DNA from: a bacterium
GTDB lineage: Bacteria; Hydrothermota; Tepidihabitantia; Tepidihabitantales; Tepidihabitantaceae
Assembly: GCA_039793395.1 (NCBI GenBank)
Contig: JBAMLV010000020.1
Location: 4,418-68,417, forward strand
Direction of reading: 5' to 3'
DNA length: 64,000 nucleotides
Positions 17,886 through 26,046 of this stretch are shown in pieces (within the stretch, counting starts at the first letter, position 1; each line of letters starts with the position of its first letter). A program made the translations under genes and the position numbers. Below the pieces are notes generated by a model. The model had not been told where the DNA came from. It worked only from the letters and a program-made list of their open reading frames with translations, and searched no databases.

Positions 17886-18085
17886 TTGTTGCCCGCAAGG
17901 GCAAGGTAATAGAGGCACGAGTTTATGTGCAGGCTCGGCATCAATGCGACGCTGCCCATCAGCCACCAGCAACTGGTGGATAATTATCTGATAGTTCCGG
18001 TTTTAATTTTTCAATCGCCATTCAAATCAACCGCGGTTGCGGTTGACAAAATATTCAAAAACCCAGCTCGCCGAAAGGAGGCGCA

Positions 18086-21000
18086 ATGAGGAATAAGGTC
18101 ATTATGATTACAGTTATTATCGGACTGAGTGCCGGTTATTTATTTGCCGCCGGCTGGTCCGGCAGTTTTCAATTCCGTCCGAACTCATTCGGTGTTCAGT
18201 CAGTCGTCAGGGATGGCAGGAGTTTCACCATTCTGACTCCGGGGGAAAATGCGGTTGCTGGACGCCCGGGTTTGTATAATGATTATCTGAATGAACCCGG
18301 GAAACCGCTTTTGCCCTGCTGGACATTTACGCTGGTAATTCCCCAGGGAATGAAGGTAGGTAATATCCGGGTAACTGAGCAGGGGGTAACCGGCATCAGG
18401 GCCGACTTTCCGCCTTATCCGGCGCAGCTACCGGTTCCATTTTCCCGACAGACACTTCCGGATTTTGTGCCACCAGACCCCCGGGTCTATACCGGCACCG
18501 AACTCTGGCCCGAAGCGCATTATGCGCTCGGTCCGGTTGGTGTCAAGTCCGGGTTCCGGCTGGTAAACATTACGCTGTATCCGGTCCGGTATGACCCGCA
18601 GTCCGGTTCATATTTAGTCAGCCAGCAGTTGCGGGTGGAGGTTGATTTTATCCCGGACCCGATGGCTGAAGTTTACACCCTGACGCCAAAACAGTTGCAG
18701 GTGTTCTCTGCCGGGGTAAGGAGCATTGTTGCCAATCCGGAAGATGTTCCCCGGTTTGCGCCGAGGGTAAGGTCGACCGATTTCGGCACTTATGATTATG
18801 TGATTATCACCAACTCCACGCTTGAACCCCATTTTCAGCGGTTGCTGAACTGGCGCAAACGGCTCGGCTGGTCGGGTATCATCAGGACAACCAGCTGGAT
18901 TAACTCCAATTACTCGGGCCGGGACCTGCAGGAAAAAATCCGCAACTTTGTCCGGGATTACTTCAACAATTACGGCACGATGTGGGTTCTTCTGGGTGGT
19001 GATACCGCGGTGGTGCCGACACGGCGTGCCCGTGCCTACTGTGCAGGTGAGACCGGCAACATCCCCTGTGACCTGTATTATGCAGACCTGCAATATTCCT
19101 GGGATGCCAATAATGACAACATCTTTGGCGAGTACGGGATTGACACCACCGATTTGTATTATGACCTTTATATCGGCCGGGCAAGTGTGGATGACACCGT
19201 TCAGGTCAGGACCTTTGTCAACAAGGTGATTACCCACGAGTCCGGTCCGCCAACCGACTATCTGCGCCGGATACTTCTGGTCAGCGGCTTTCTCTGGTCT
19301 GGTTATGATGAGACCCAGTCCAACGATTCAATCGCCAACATCACCCCGGCCGGCTGGTCCGATGTTTACATTGAGAACCCGGGCAATACGACGATGGTCC
19401 GGGATTCGCTCAATCACGGGTTTCAGTTCTGTCATATGGTGGGCCATGGGAATGACTACGGCATTTACCACAATTCTACTGCCTATTACAGCACCTCGGT
19501 CATCTCCGGGCACAACAATGGCTCCCGGGTGGGGTTAATCAACTCGATCGCCTGCTATCCGGGAAACTTTGAAGTTAGTGACTGTCTGGCTGAAGCCAGC
19601 CACAACTGTGCGACCGGTGGGGCACTTTCGGTGATTATGAACTCCCGTTATGGCTGGGGCATGCCGCCGGTGATCGGTCCATCAGAAAAACTGGACATCC
19701 GTTTTTATGACTACTTCTTCAATCACGATACGATGCCCATTGGCCTGACCCATGCCGAGTCCAAGGAGGTTTACCGCAATTTTGCCAATAATAGTGATGG
19801 TGCGTGGCGCTGGTGCTATTTTGAACTCAACTACTTTGGAGACCCGCTACTTGTGATGTATGAAAATGTGCCCCAGCAGTTGAACGCCAGTTTCAGCAGT
19901 CCGATTAACATCGGGATTCAGAACTTCACCGTCACGGTAAGTTCGGGTTCAAGTCCGGTGGCGCAGGCGCTGGTGTGTCTGTGGAAGGGTAGTGAGGTTT
20001 ATGAGCGTAACTACACCAACGCCTCGGGCCAGGTGACATTTACCATCAATCCCACGACCCCGGGTTATATGTATGTCACCGCCTCCAAGCCCAATTATCT
20101 GCCCGACCTGGACTCCTGTCAGGTGGTGGCGACCAGGCAGGATGTCGGGGTCAGCAGGATAATCACCCCTTCGGGAACAGTGGATTACGGCACGGTGCTT
20201 AATCCGACCGCGGTGATTAGAAACTACCTGCCGGTGCCGGTTGCCAATGTGCCGGTCCGGATGGTAATTGCCGGTGGTTATACCAGCACCGAGGTGATTT
20301 CCCAGATTAATGGCAATGATTCGGCAGTTGTCCAGTTTACCTCCTGGACCGCATCACCTGCTGGCAATCTCGGAGTCAGGTGCTCAACGATGCTTGCCGG
20401 TGATACCTTCCCGAATAATGACGCTGTTACCGGCAGCGTTTTTGTCCGGTACCGGGATGTGGGTGCGGTTTCGGTCAATGTGCCGGCAACGGTTGATTCC
20501 GGAACGGTGGTCAGTCCGCAGGCGACGGTGCGCAACTACGGCAACACCAACGAGACCTTTAACATCCGCCTGGTGATTGCCGGCACCGCTTATGACCAGA
20601 CCCGGTCGAAGACCCTGGCCGCGGGGGCAATTGATACGGTGAACTTTCCTACCTGGACCGCGTTAGAGCGGGGTACTCATGTGGTCCGCTGTTCAACCCG
20701 ATTGAACGGGGATAACAATCCGGGAAATGACCGGGCAACTGCAACCACCTTTGTCCGGGTCCGGGATGTGGGCTGCGTCCAGGTTATTTCACCGGCGGGC
20801 AATATTGATTCCAGCGCTACGGTGCCGGTGCGGGCAAAGGTCAGAAACTATGGTAATACCACGGAAAGTTTCACACTCAAGTTCCGGATTACCGGACCGG
20901 TGAACTGGAGCGACAATGCCAGTGTCAGCAATCTGGCACCGGGTGAATCGGTGGTGGTGAATTTCAATGACTGGACCTGCGGACCGCGGGGCAGTTATGC

Positions 21001-23560
21001 GACCGCCTGCTCAACCGAGCTCAGCGGGGATATGCGGTCGGCAAATAACCGCGCAACCGGCAGTTTTAATGTCAATATTCACGATCTGGCGGTCCGGGGA
21101 ATCACCAGTCCTGGTGCGCAGGTTGATTCCGGTGCACTGGTGGGGGTTCAGGTGGTGGTAGCGAATCAGGGGACGGTTCAGGAGAATGCGAAGGTTTATG
21201 TCCGGATTGGCAGTTATTACCGGGATTCGGCACTGACCGCAATACCGGCAGGCAGCGTTGAGACGGTGGATTTGCCCGCCTGGCGGGTTAGCGCCCCCCG
21301 GGGTAATGTTACCGTTTTCTGCTCCACCTATGTTTATAACGACATCAACCGCAGTAATGACACCCTGAGTTCCCTGACCACGGTGGTGGTTCATGATGTT
21401 GGTGCGGTCAGTATTGTGGCACCGACCGGCGCAGTTGACTCCGGAGCGGTAATTGCTCCGCGGGCAAGAATCAGAAATTACAGTTCGGTTGCCGAAAACT
21501 TCAGCTGCCGGTTTACCATTTCGGACGGTTATATTGCCCAGATTTCGGTTACCCTGCCAGCCGGTAGTGATTCGGTAATTACTTTCCCGGTATGGAATGC
21601 CAATACCCCGGGCAGTTTCTCAACCCGCTGTTCAACCCTGCTGAGTTCAGACCAGAATCCGGCAAACGACCGGGTAACTGGGTCGGTTCAGGTGATTGGC
21701 ACTGATGTTGGAGTGGTGGCGATTGTTGCCCCGGTTGGGCAGATTGACCCGGGTCCGGTGACACCAGTTGTCCGGCTGGGCAACTTTTCCCCTGCGCCCC
21801 GGAGCTTTGTCAGTTATCTCAGGATAACACCGCTGGGTAACACCACGCCGGTATTTGCCGACTCAGTTCTTGTGGTCGGGTTGCCGAGCGATTCGGTCCG
21901 GGAGGTGGCGTTTACCGAGTGGAATGCGACCGGGGGCAGATATGTGGTCCGGTGTTCGGTCGGGATTGGGGACCGTAATCCGGCAAATGATACGCTGAGT
22001 GCGGCCTGTCAGGTGGTGACCCATGATGCCGGGGTGGTTGCGCTGATACCGCAGGGTGAGATGCGGCCGATGGTGGTGGCACCGATTGTCCGGGTGCGCA
22101 ACTATGGGGATGCAAGTGAAGACTTTCAGGTTGCGCTCTTAATTGTGGATACGGTCAGCGGTCTGGTGGTTTATGAGGACTCAAATGAAGTGAGTGCACT
22201 GGCACCCGGTGAGTTGCGCGAGGTGCGGCTTGGTTCCTGGGCCGCAACCATCGGTTATTACCGGCTGACCGGACTGCTGAGTTTGCGCGGTGATATCAAT
22301 CCCCAGAATGATACTTTAACCGTCAAACTGAAGGTTTCACCCGGTGCCATCGGCTGGCTGCGACGGCCCGATGTGCCGACTGGCAGTAAACCGGTCAAGG
22401 CAGGTGGCGCGCTGGCAGCAATCGGAACCGATTCCCTGTTCATATTTGCGCTCAAGGGGAACAAGACCCTGGAGTTCTACCGGTATGATGTTGCGGTCGG
22501 GCTGTGGCGCACAATGGCGCAGCTGCCACCCGGTCCTTCAGGCAAGCCGGTAAGTAAGGGCGGTGCGCTGTGCTCGGATGGTGAGCGCTATATCTATGCC
22601 ACCAAGGGCAACAGCACCCTGGAGTTCTGGCGCTATGACATTATCAACAACACCTGGGAACGACTGCCGGATGTGCCAGCCGGTGCCAAGGAGCTCAAGG
22701 GTGGGACCGGACTGGCTTATGTCCGGCGCGGGGATACCGCTGAGGTGTACTGCCTGAAGGGTTCCAACACGCTGGAGTTTTATGTCTATTCAGTCGCGGC
22801 CAATACCTGGTATCCCCGGGCGCAGGCGCCAATCGGGATGTATGGTAAGAAGTTCAAATTCGGGTCGGCACTGTGTGCGCATCAGAATGAGCGGTTGTTT
22901 GCCATCAAATCCAGTGTTAATGAGTTCTACGAGTATTCAATTGCTGAAGACCGCTGGATAACCAGAGCCAGTGTTCCGGACTACTCCTCATCGGGTAAGC
23001 GGTCGCGGTGCAAGGATGGCTGCGGCTTGACCAGTGATGGCAACAATACGCTTTATGCGCTTACCGGTGGCAACCGGGATTTCTTCTACTGTTACAACAT
23101 TGAAAATAACAGCTGGATTGAACTGGCACCGATGCCCACGGGTCCGGCAGGCAAGCGGGTGAAGGCGGGTGGTGCGTTGACCTTCCTGCAGAAGCAGGTG
23201 TGGGCACTGCGGGGCAATGGCACAAACGAGTTCTACGCCTATGTGCCGGATACGATGAGCCTGTTCAGTGCCCCGCCGCCGCGTTCCGGTGTTGCCGGTG
23301 CCGAGCCGGTCTGGTCCGGGTTTGCCAGTGTGTCGGTGCTGCCCAATCCGGCGCACCACCAGTTGTGGCTGGTCAATTCCACTCGCAAGCCGGTGGAGGT
23401 AGCGCTGTTCTCAGCCGCGGGGGAGTTGCAGTTCAGGACCACGCTGGGACCGAAACAGCACTACCGGTTTGACAGCTCCCGACTGGCGACAGGTATCTAT
23501 CTGGTCCGGGTTGAGGGCGCCGGTCAGAATCGCAGTTTCAAACTGATTATCCAGCACTGA
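18086..23560 (+). CDS. C25 family (gingipain-like) cysteine peptidase with propeptide, CARDB-like repeats, Kelch-like propeller and T9SS-like C-terminal domain
   Basis: Signal peptide; YDYVIIT, WVLLGGD, DLYIGR, catalytic MVGHGN and SIACYPG, FGDP; C-terminus VLPNPA...LATGIYLVRV...KLIIQH; AAAGGAGG SD. Confidence 0.9.
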   Translation: MRNKVIMITVIIGLSAGYLFAAGWSGSFQFRPNSFGVQSVVRDGRSFTILTPGENAVAGRPGLYNDYLNEPGKPLLPCWTFTLVIPQGMKVGNIRVTEQGVTGIRADFPPYPAQLPVPFSRQTLPDFVPPDPRVYTGTELWPEAHYALGPVGVKSGFRLVNITLYPVRYDPQSGSYLVSQQLRVEVDFIPDPMAEVYTLTPKQLQVFSAGVRSIVANPEDVPRFAPRVRSTDFGTYDYVIITNSTLEPHFQRLLNWRKRLGWSGIIRTTSWINSNYSGRDLQEKIRNFVRDYFNNYGTMWVLLGGDTAVVPTRRARAYCAGETGNIPCDLYYADLQYSWDANNDNIFGEYGIDTTDLYYDLYIGRASVDDTVQVRTFVNKVITHESGPPTDYLRRILLVSGFLWSGYDETQSNDSIANITPAGWSDVYIENPGNTTMVRDSLNHGFQFCHMVGHGNDYGIYHNSTAYYSTSVISGHNNGSRVGLINSIACYPGNFEVSDCLAEASHNCATGGALSVIMNSRYGWGMPPVIGPSEKLDIRFYDYFFNHDTMPIGLTHAESKEVYRNFANNSDGAWRWCYFELNYFGDPLLVMYENVPQQLNASFSSPINIGIQNFTVTVSSGSSPVAQALVCLWKGSEVYERNYTNASGQVTFTINPTTPGYMYVTASKPNYLPDLDSCQVVATRQDVGVSRIITPSGTVDYGTVLNPTAVIRNYLPVPVANVPVRMVIAGGYTSTEVISQINGNDSAVVQFTSWTASPAGNLGVRCSTMLAGDTFPNNDAVTGSVFVRYRDVGAVSVNVPATVDSGTVVSPQATVRNYGNTNETFNIRLVIAGTAYDQTRSKTLAAGAIDTVNFPTWTALERGTHVVRCSTRLNGDNNPGNDRATATTFVRVRDVGCVQVISPAGNIDSSATVPVRAKVRNYGNTTESFTLKFRITGPVNWSDNASVSNLAPGESVVVNFNDWTCGPRGSYATACSTELSGDMRSANNRATGSFNVNIHDLAVRGITSPGAQVDSGALVGVQVVVANQGTVQENAKVYVRIGSYYRDSALTAIPAGSVETVDLPAWRVSAPRGNVTVFCSTYVYNDINRSNDTLSSLTTVVVHDVGAVSIVAPTGAVDSGAVIAPRARIRNYSSVAENFSCRFTISDGYIAQISVTLPAGSDSVITFPVWNANTPGSFSTRCSTLLSSDQNPANDRVTGSVQVIGTDVGVVAIVAPVGQIDPGPVTPVVRLGNFSPAPRSFVSYLRITPLGNTTPVFADSVLVVGLPSDSVREVAFTEWNATGGRYVVRCSVGIGDRNPANDTLSAACQVVTHDAGVVALIPQGEMRPMVVAPIVRVRNYGDASEDFQVALLIVDTVSGLVVYEDSNEVSALAPGELREVRLGSWAATIGYYRLTGLLSLRGDINPQNDTLTVKLKVSPGAIGWLRRPDVPTGSKPVKAGGALAAIGTDSLFIFALKGNKTLEFYRYDVAVGLWRTMAQLPPGPSGKPVSKGGALCSDGERYIYATKGNSTLEFWRYDIINNTWERLPDVPAGAKELKGGTGLAYVRRGDTAEVYCLKGSNTLEFYVYSVAANTWYPRAQAPIGMYGKKFKFGSALCAHQNERLFAIKSSVNEFYEYSIAEDRWITRASVPDYSSSGKRSRCKDGCGLTSDGNNTLYALTGGNRDFFYCYNIENNSWIELAPMPTGPAGKRVKAGGALTFLQKQVWALRGNGTNEFYAYVPDTMSLFSAPPPRSGVAGAEPVWSGFASVSVLPNPAHHQLWLVNSTRKPVEVALFSAAGELQFRTTLGPKQHYRFDSSRLATGIYLVRVEGAGQNRSFKLIIQH
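20141..22340 (+). repeat. Seven tandem ~100-aa CARDB/Ig-like protein repeats
   Basis: Units begin DVGVSRII, DVGAVSVN, DVGCVQVI, DLAVRGIT, DVGAVSIV, DVGVVAIV, DAGVVALI and end near N[DN]xxT/S; boundaries approximate. Confidence 0.75.
22350..23250 (+). repeat. Six Kelch-like beta-propeller blades
   Basis: Recurring (GGAL)...ALKGNxTxEFYxY...W...P units; boundaries approximate. Confidence 0.75.
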
Positions 23561-23586
23561 CAGCCGAGCCGAAGCGAAAACAGAAC

Positions 23587-23616
23587 GGGGGCACCGCAGG
23601 GTGCCCCCTGATTTTT
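23587..23616. terminator. Rho-independent terminator
   Basis: GGGGGCACC-gcag-GGTGCCCCC followed by TGATTTTTT, between convergent genes. Confidence 0.85.
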
Positions 23617-23625
23617 TACTGCCGG

Positions 23626-25149
23626 TTATTTCAGTGTGCCGACCGTCTGTTCCACCGCCTGCAGCAGTTTTCCGGAGCGGACCAGTTCAGTCAGGCGGTT
23701 GATGTCGTATTGAAGCGGCCGGTCGGCTTCCAGTTTCGGAACAGTCTGACGGATGAGTTCATAGGCGACCGCGGTACCTTTGCCCAGTTTTAGCGGTTTT
23801 CGGAACTCCACCGCTTGAGCCCCGCTGAGCAGTTCAATCGCAATAACAAACCAGGCGTTATCCAGAATCTGCTGGGTCTTGCGCGCCGAGGTGAAAGACA
23901 TGGAGACAAAGTCCTCCTGGTCGGCAGCAGCCGGGATTGAGCCGGTGGCAGCGGGAGCGGCGAGAATGCGGTTTTCACAGATGAGCATTCCTTGGGTGTA
24001 CTGGGTGAGCATCAGTCCGGAGAACATTCCGGCACCGCGGGTAAGGAATGCCGGCAGACCAGCAGAGAGGTTGCGGTTTAACAGCCGATTGGTGCGCCGT
24101 TCTGAAAGGACCGCAATCATCGTGATTCCGGCGCCGACCAGGTCCAGCGCCAGTGCCAGCGGTGTGCCCTGGAAGTTGGCACCGGTGAGATATGCCTGGT
24201 CATCCGGGAAGAAGAGCGGATTGTCACCAACACCGTTCAGTTCAATCTCAAACATCTGCCTTGCCCAGTGCAGAGCATCTTTTGCTCCACCAACTACCTG
24301 AGGTGTGGAACGCAGGGAATAGGCGTCCTGAACCTTCTTGCCCGGCTGTTTCAGCATTTCCGAGTCTTCGGTCAGGCGCCTGATGTTCTCGGCACAGGCG
24401 ATTGCCCCGGGATAGCCCCGTGCGCGGTGAATCCTTTCATCATAGGCAGCCATATTGGCGTTGAGCACCTCCAGAGTCAGTGCCGCGGCAATCTCTGAGG
24501 TTTTGAGATACCGGTCGGCGTCAAACAGCTGGAGCGCACCCCAGCCGGCGGTCATATTTGAGCCGTTGATGGTTGCCAGACCGTCCCGGGCTTCAAACTC
24601 AATCGGCTGAATGCCCGCGGCTTTGAGCGCTTCAGCGCCGCTCAGCCGTTTACCCTGATAATATGCCTCCCCTTCACCGAGCAGGACCAGTGCCATCTGG
24701 CTCATCGGTGAAAGGTCGCCGCAGGCACCGACCGACCCCCGGTCAAATACTACCGGTGTTACACCCCGGTTCAGCAGTTCAATCAGCAGCTCCACCACTT
24801 TAAGGCGGATTCCGGAGTTGCCGTTTGCCAGGACATTAATCCGGGAGCAGATGGCAGCCCGGACTACCGGTTCGGGCAGAGGCTCACCACAGCCGGCAGA
24901 ATGGGAGTAAACCAGATAGCGCTGGAATTGGCGGGTCTGTTCCGGGGTGAGAATTACTTCGGAAAGTTCGCCGATACCGGTGGTGATGCCATACATCACG
25001 GCACGGGCGGCGATTTTATCCTCAACAAACTGGCGGCAGCGGTTTATCCGTTCCCGGGCAGCGGGGGCAAGTTCCACCTTTTCCCGGTCCCGTGCCACCT
25101 GCACCAGTTGCTCAATTTTTAAACTCTTGCCATCAATCACCACTGCCAT
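23626..25149 (-). CDS. hutH: Histidine ammonia-lyase (MIO family) with Ala-Cys-Gly triad
   Basis: YGITTGIG, LVYSH (SH specificity pair of HALs), GSVGACGDLSP, QDAYSLRSTPQV, DNPL, ANFQG, QEDFVSM. Confidence 0.88.
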   Translation of the reverse strand: MAVVIDGKSLKIEQLVQVARDREKVELAPAARERINRCRQFVEDKIAARAVMYGITTGIGELSEVILTPEQTRQFQRYLVYSHSAGCGEPLPEPVVRAAICSRINVLANGNSGIRLKVVELLIELLNRGVTPVVFDRGSVGACGDLSPMSQMALVLLGEGEAYYQGKRLSGAEALKAAGIQPIEFEARDGLATINGSNMTAGWGALQLFDADRYLKTSEIAAALTLEVLNANMAAYDERIHRARGYPGAIACAENIRRLTEDSEMLKQPGKKVQDAYSLRSTPQVVGGAKDALHWARQMFEIELNGVGDNPLFFPDDQAYLTGANFQGTPLALALDLVGAGITMIAVLSERRTNRLLNRNLSAGLPAFLTRGAGMFSGLMLTQYTQGMLICENRILAAPAATGSIPAAADQEDFVSMSFTSARKTQQILDNAWFVIAIELLSGAQAVEFRKPLKLGKGTAVAYELIRQTVPKLEADRPLQYDINRLTELVRSGKLLQAVEQTVGTLK

Positions 25150-25617
25150 TTACCTTCCTCCTTTCAGTCGCATTTTCTGAATATGGCTGCCGGGCCAGTA
25201 AACCCGCTGGCAACGGGGGCAGCGCCGAAACTCATTATGAATCTGATAGATATAGAACGGCACCGCCGGTCGTGCCTGCTCCCGGCTGATTTTCTTTAGC
25301 ACCTCATTGCAGACCGAGCAGCGGGTCAATACCCCGGTTTCGTCTTTCTTTTCTTCGGTCTGGATATTCAATGCCTGGCAAACCTGCTCAACCTGCCGGT
25401 CAACATTTTCACTTTCCAGTAGGAGCACATCGGGCAGGTTCTTCATCCGGTAATACCGGGTGAGGAAAATTCGGCGGTCCGCTCTTGCCTGACGATAGGC
25501 ATCCAGGCTCTTGAGCCCGCGCTCATAACGGACATCAATACCCAAAAGACGAAGCCGCCGGGCAAGGGTTCCAAGCATCACATCACAGAATAGCCGGGGT
25601 GGCTCAGTTTTATTCAT
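25150..25617 (-). CDS. Mut7-C RNase domain protein (DUF82)
   Basis: CDVMLGTLARRLRLLGID, RIFLTR, zinc ribbon CSVC...CPRC, VYWPGSH. Confidence 0.88.
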   Translation of the reverse strand: MNKTEPPRLFCDVMLGTLARRLRLLGIDVRYERGLKSLDAYRQARADRRIFLTRYYRMKNLPDVLLLESENVDRQVEQVCQALNIQTEEKKDETGVLTRCSVCNEVLKKISREQARPAVPFYIYQIHNEFRRCPRCQRVYWPGSHIQKMRLKGGR

Positions 25618-25626
25618 TAACGGTAA

Positions 25627-25654
25627 AATTTAATCATTTGTGCTGATAAATCAA
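25627..25654 (-). promoter_or_regulatory. Promoter for Mut7-C/hutH, near-leaderless
   Basis: Minus strand TTGATT, 16 nt, TAAATT, 9 nt, ATG; no SD. Confidence 0.55.
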
Positions 25655-26010
25655 GCACCGCGATGGCGAGCAAAATTTACCGGTAAAGGTTTGTTTTTAG
25701 GTTTGATGATGCTACGCCGTTAGGTTTGCTTTTTCCGGGTCTAATTGGCGATGTTTTCAGTGCCAGCGTCAGAAGTGAAAATTTTGGCAGGCAGAGTTTT
25801 TAATAAGGCTGGTGGTTTAAGCGCAACTTCCAGTTGATGGCTGGCTTCGGGATGACCCCCGGGGTTGCCCCCCGGCAGGTTTGCCATTTTGCGCACGAAC
25901 AGTTTTACGGAATTAACCCATTGAGAAATCAGGAGTTGCCGGAAGAGACCGGTTAATCGTGTTTCCCGGAAAGAGCCGGGATGACGCCTGATAATTTTAT
26001 GGTTAAATTG

Positions 26011-26038
26011 TTGACAAATGAGTCGGGTTGAATATGCT
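26011..26038 (+). promoter_or_regulatory. Promoter for thyX, near-leaderless
   Basis: TTGACA (26011-26016), 16 nt, TATGCT (26033-26038), 8 nt, ATG 26047; no SD. Confidence 0.65.
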
Positions 26039-26046
26039 GTGAAAGT

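Noticed and set aside
18043-18048. Second TTGACA as a promoter
   Set aside because: No -10-like hexamer 16-18 nt downstream; it is part of an inverted repeat.
17905-18085. Lysine, glycine, c-di-GMP or ZTP riboswitch in the protease leader
   Set aside because: Only short fragments (AGAGG, CGCCGAA, GGCAA) match; core architectures are absent by eye.
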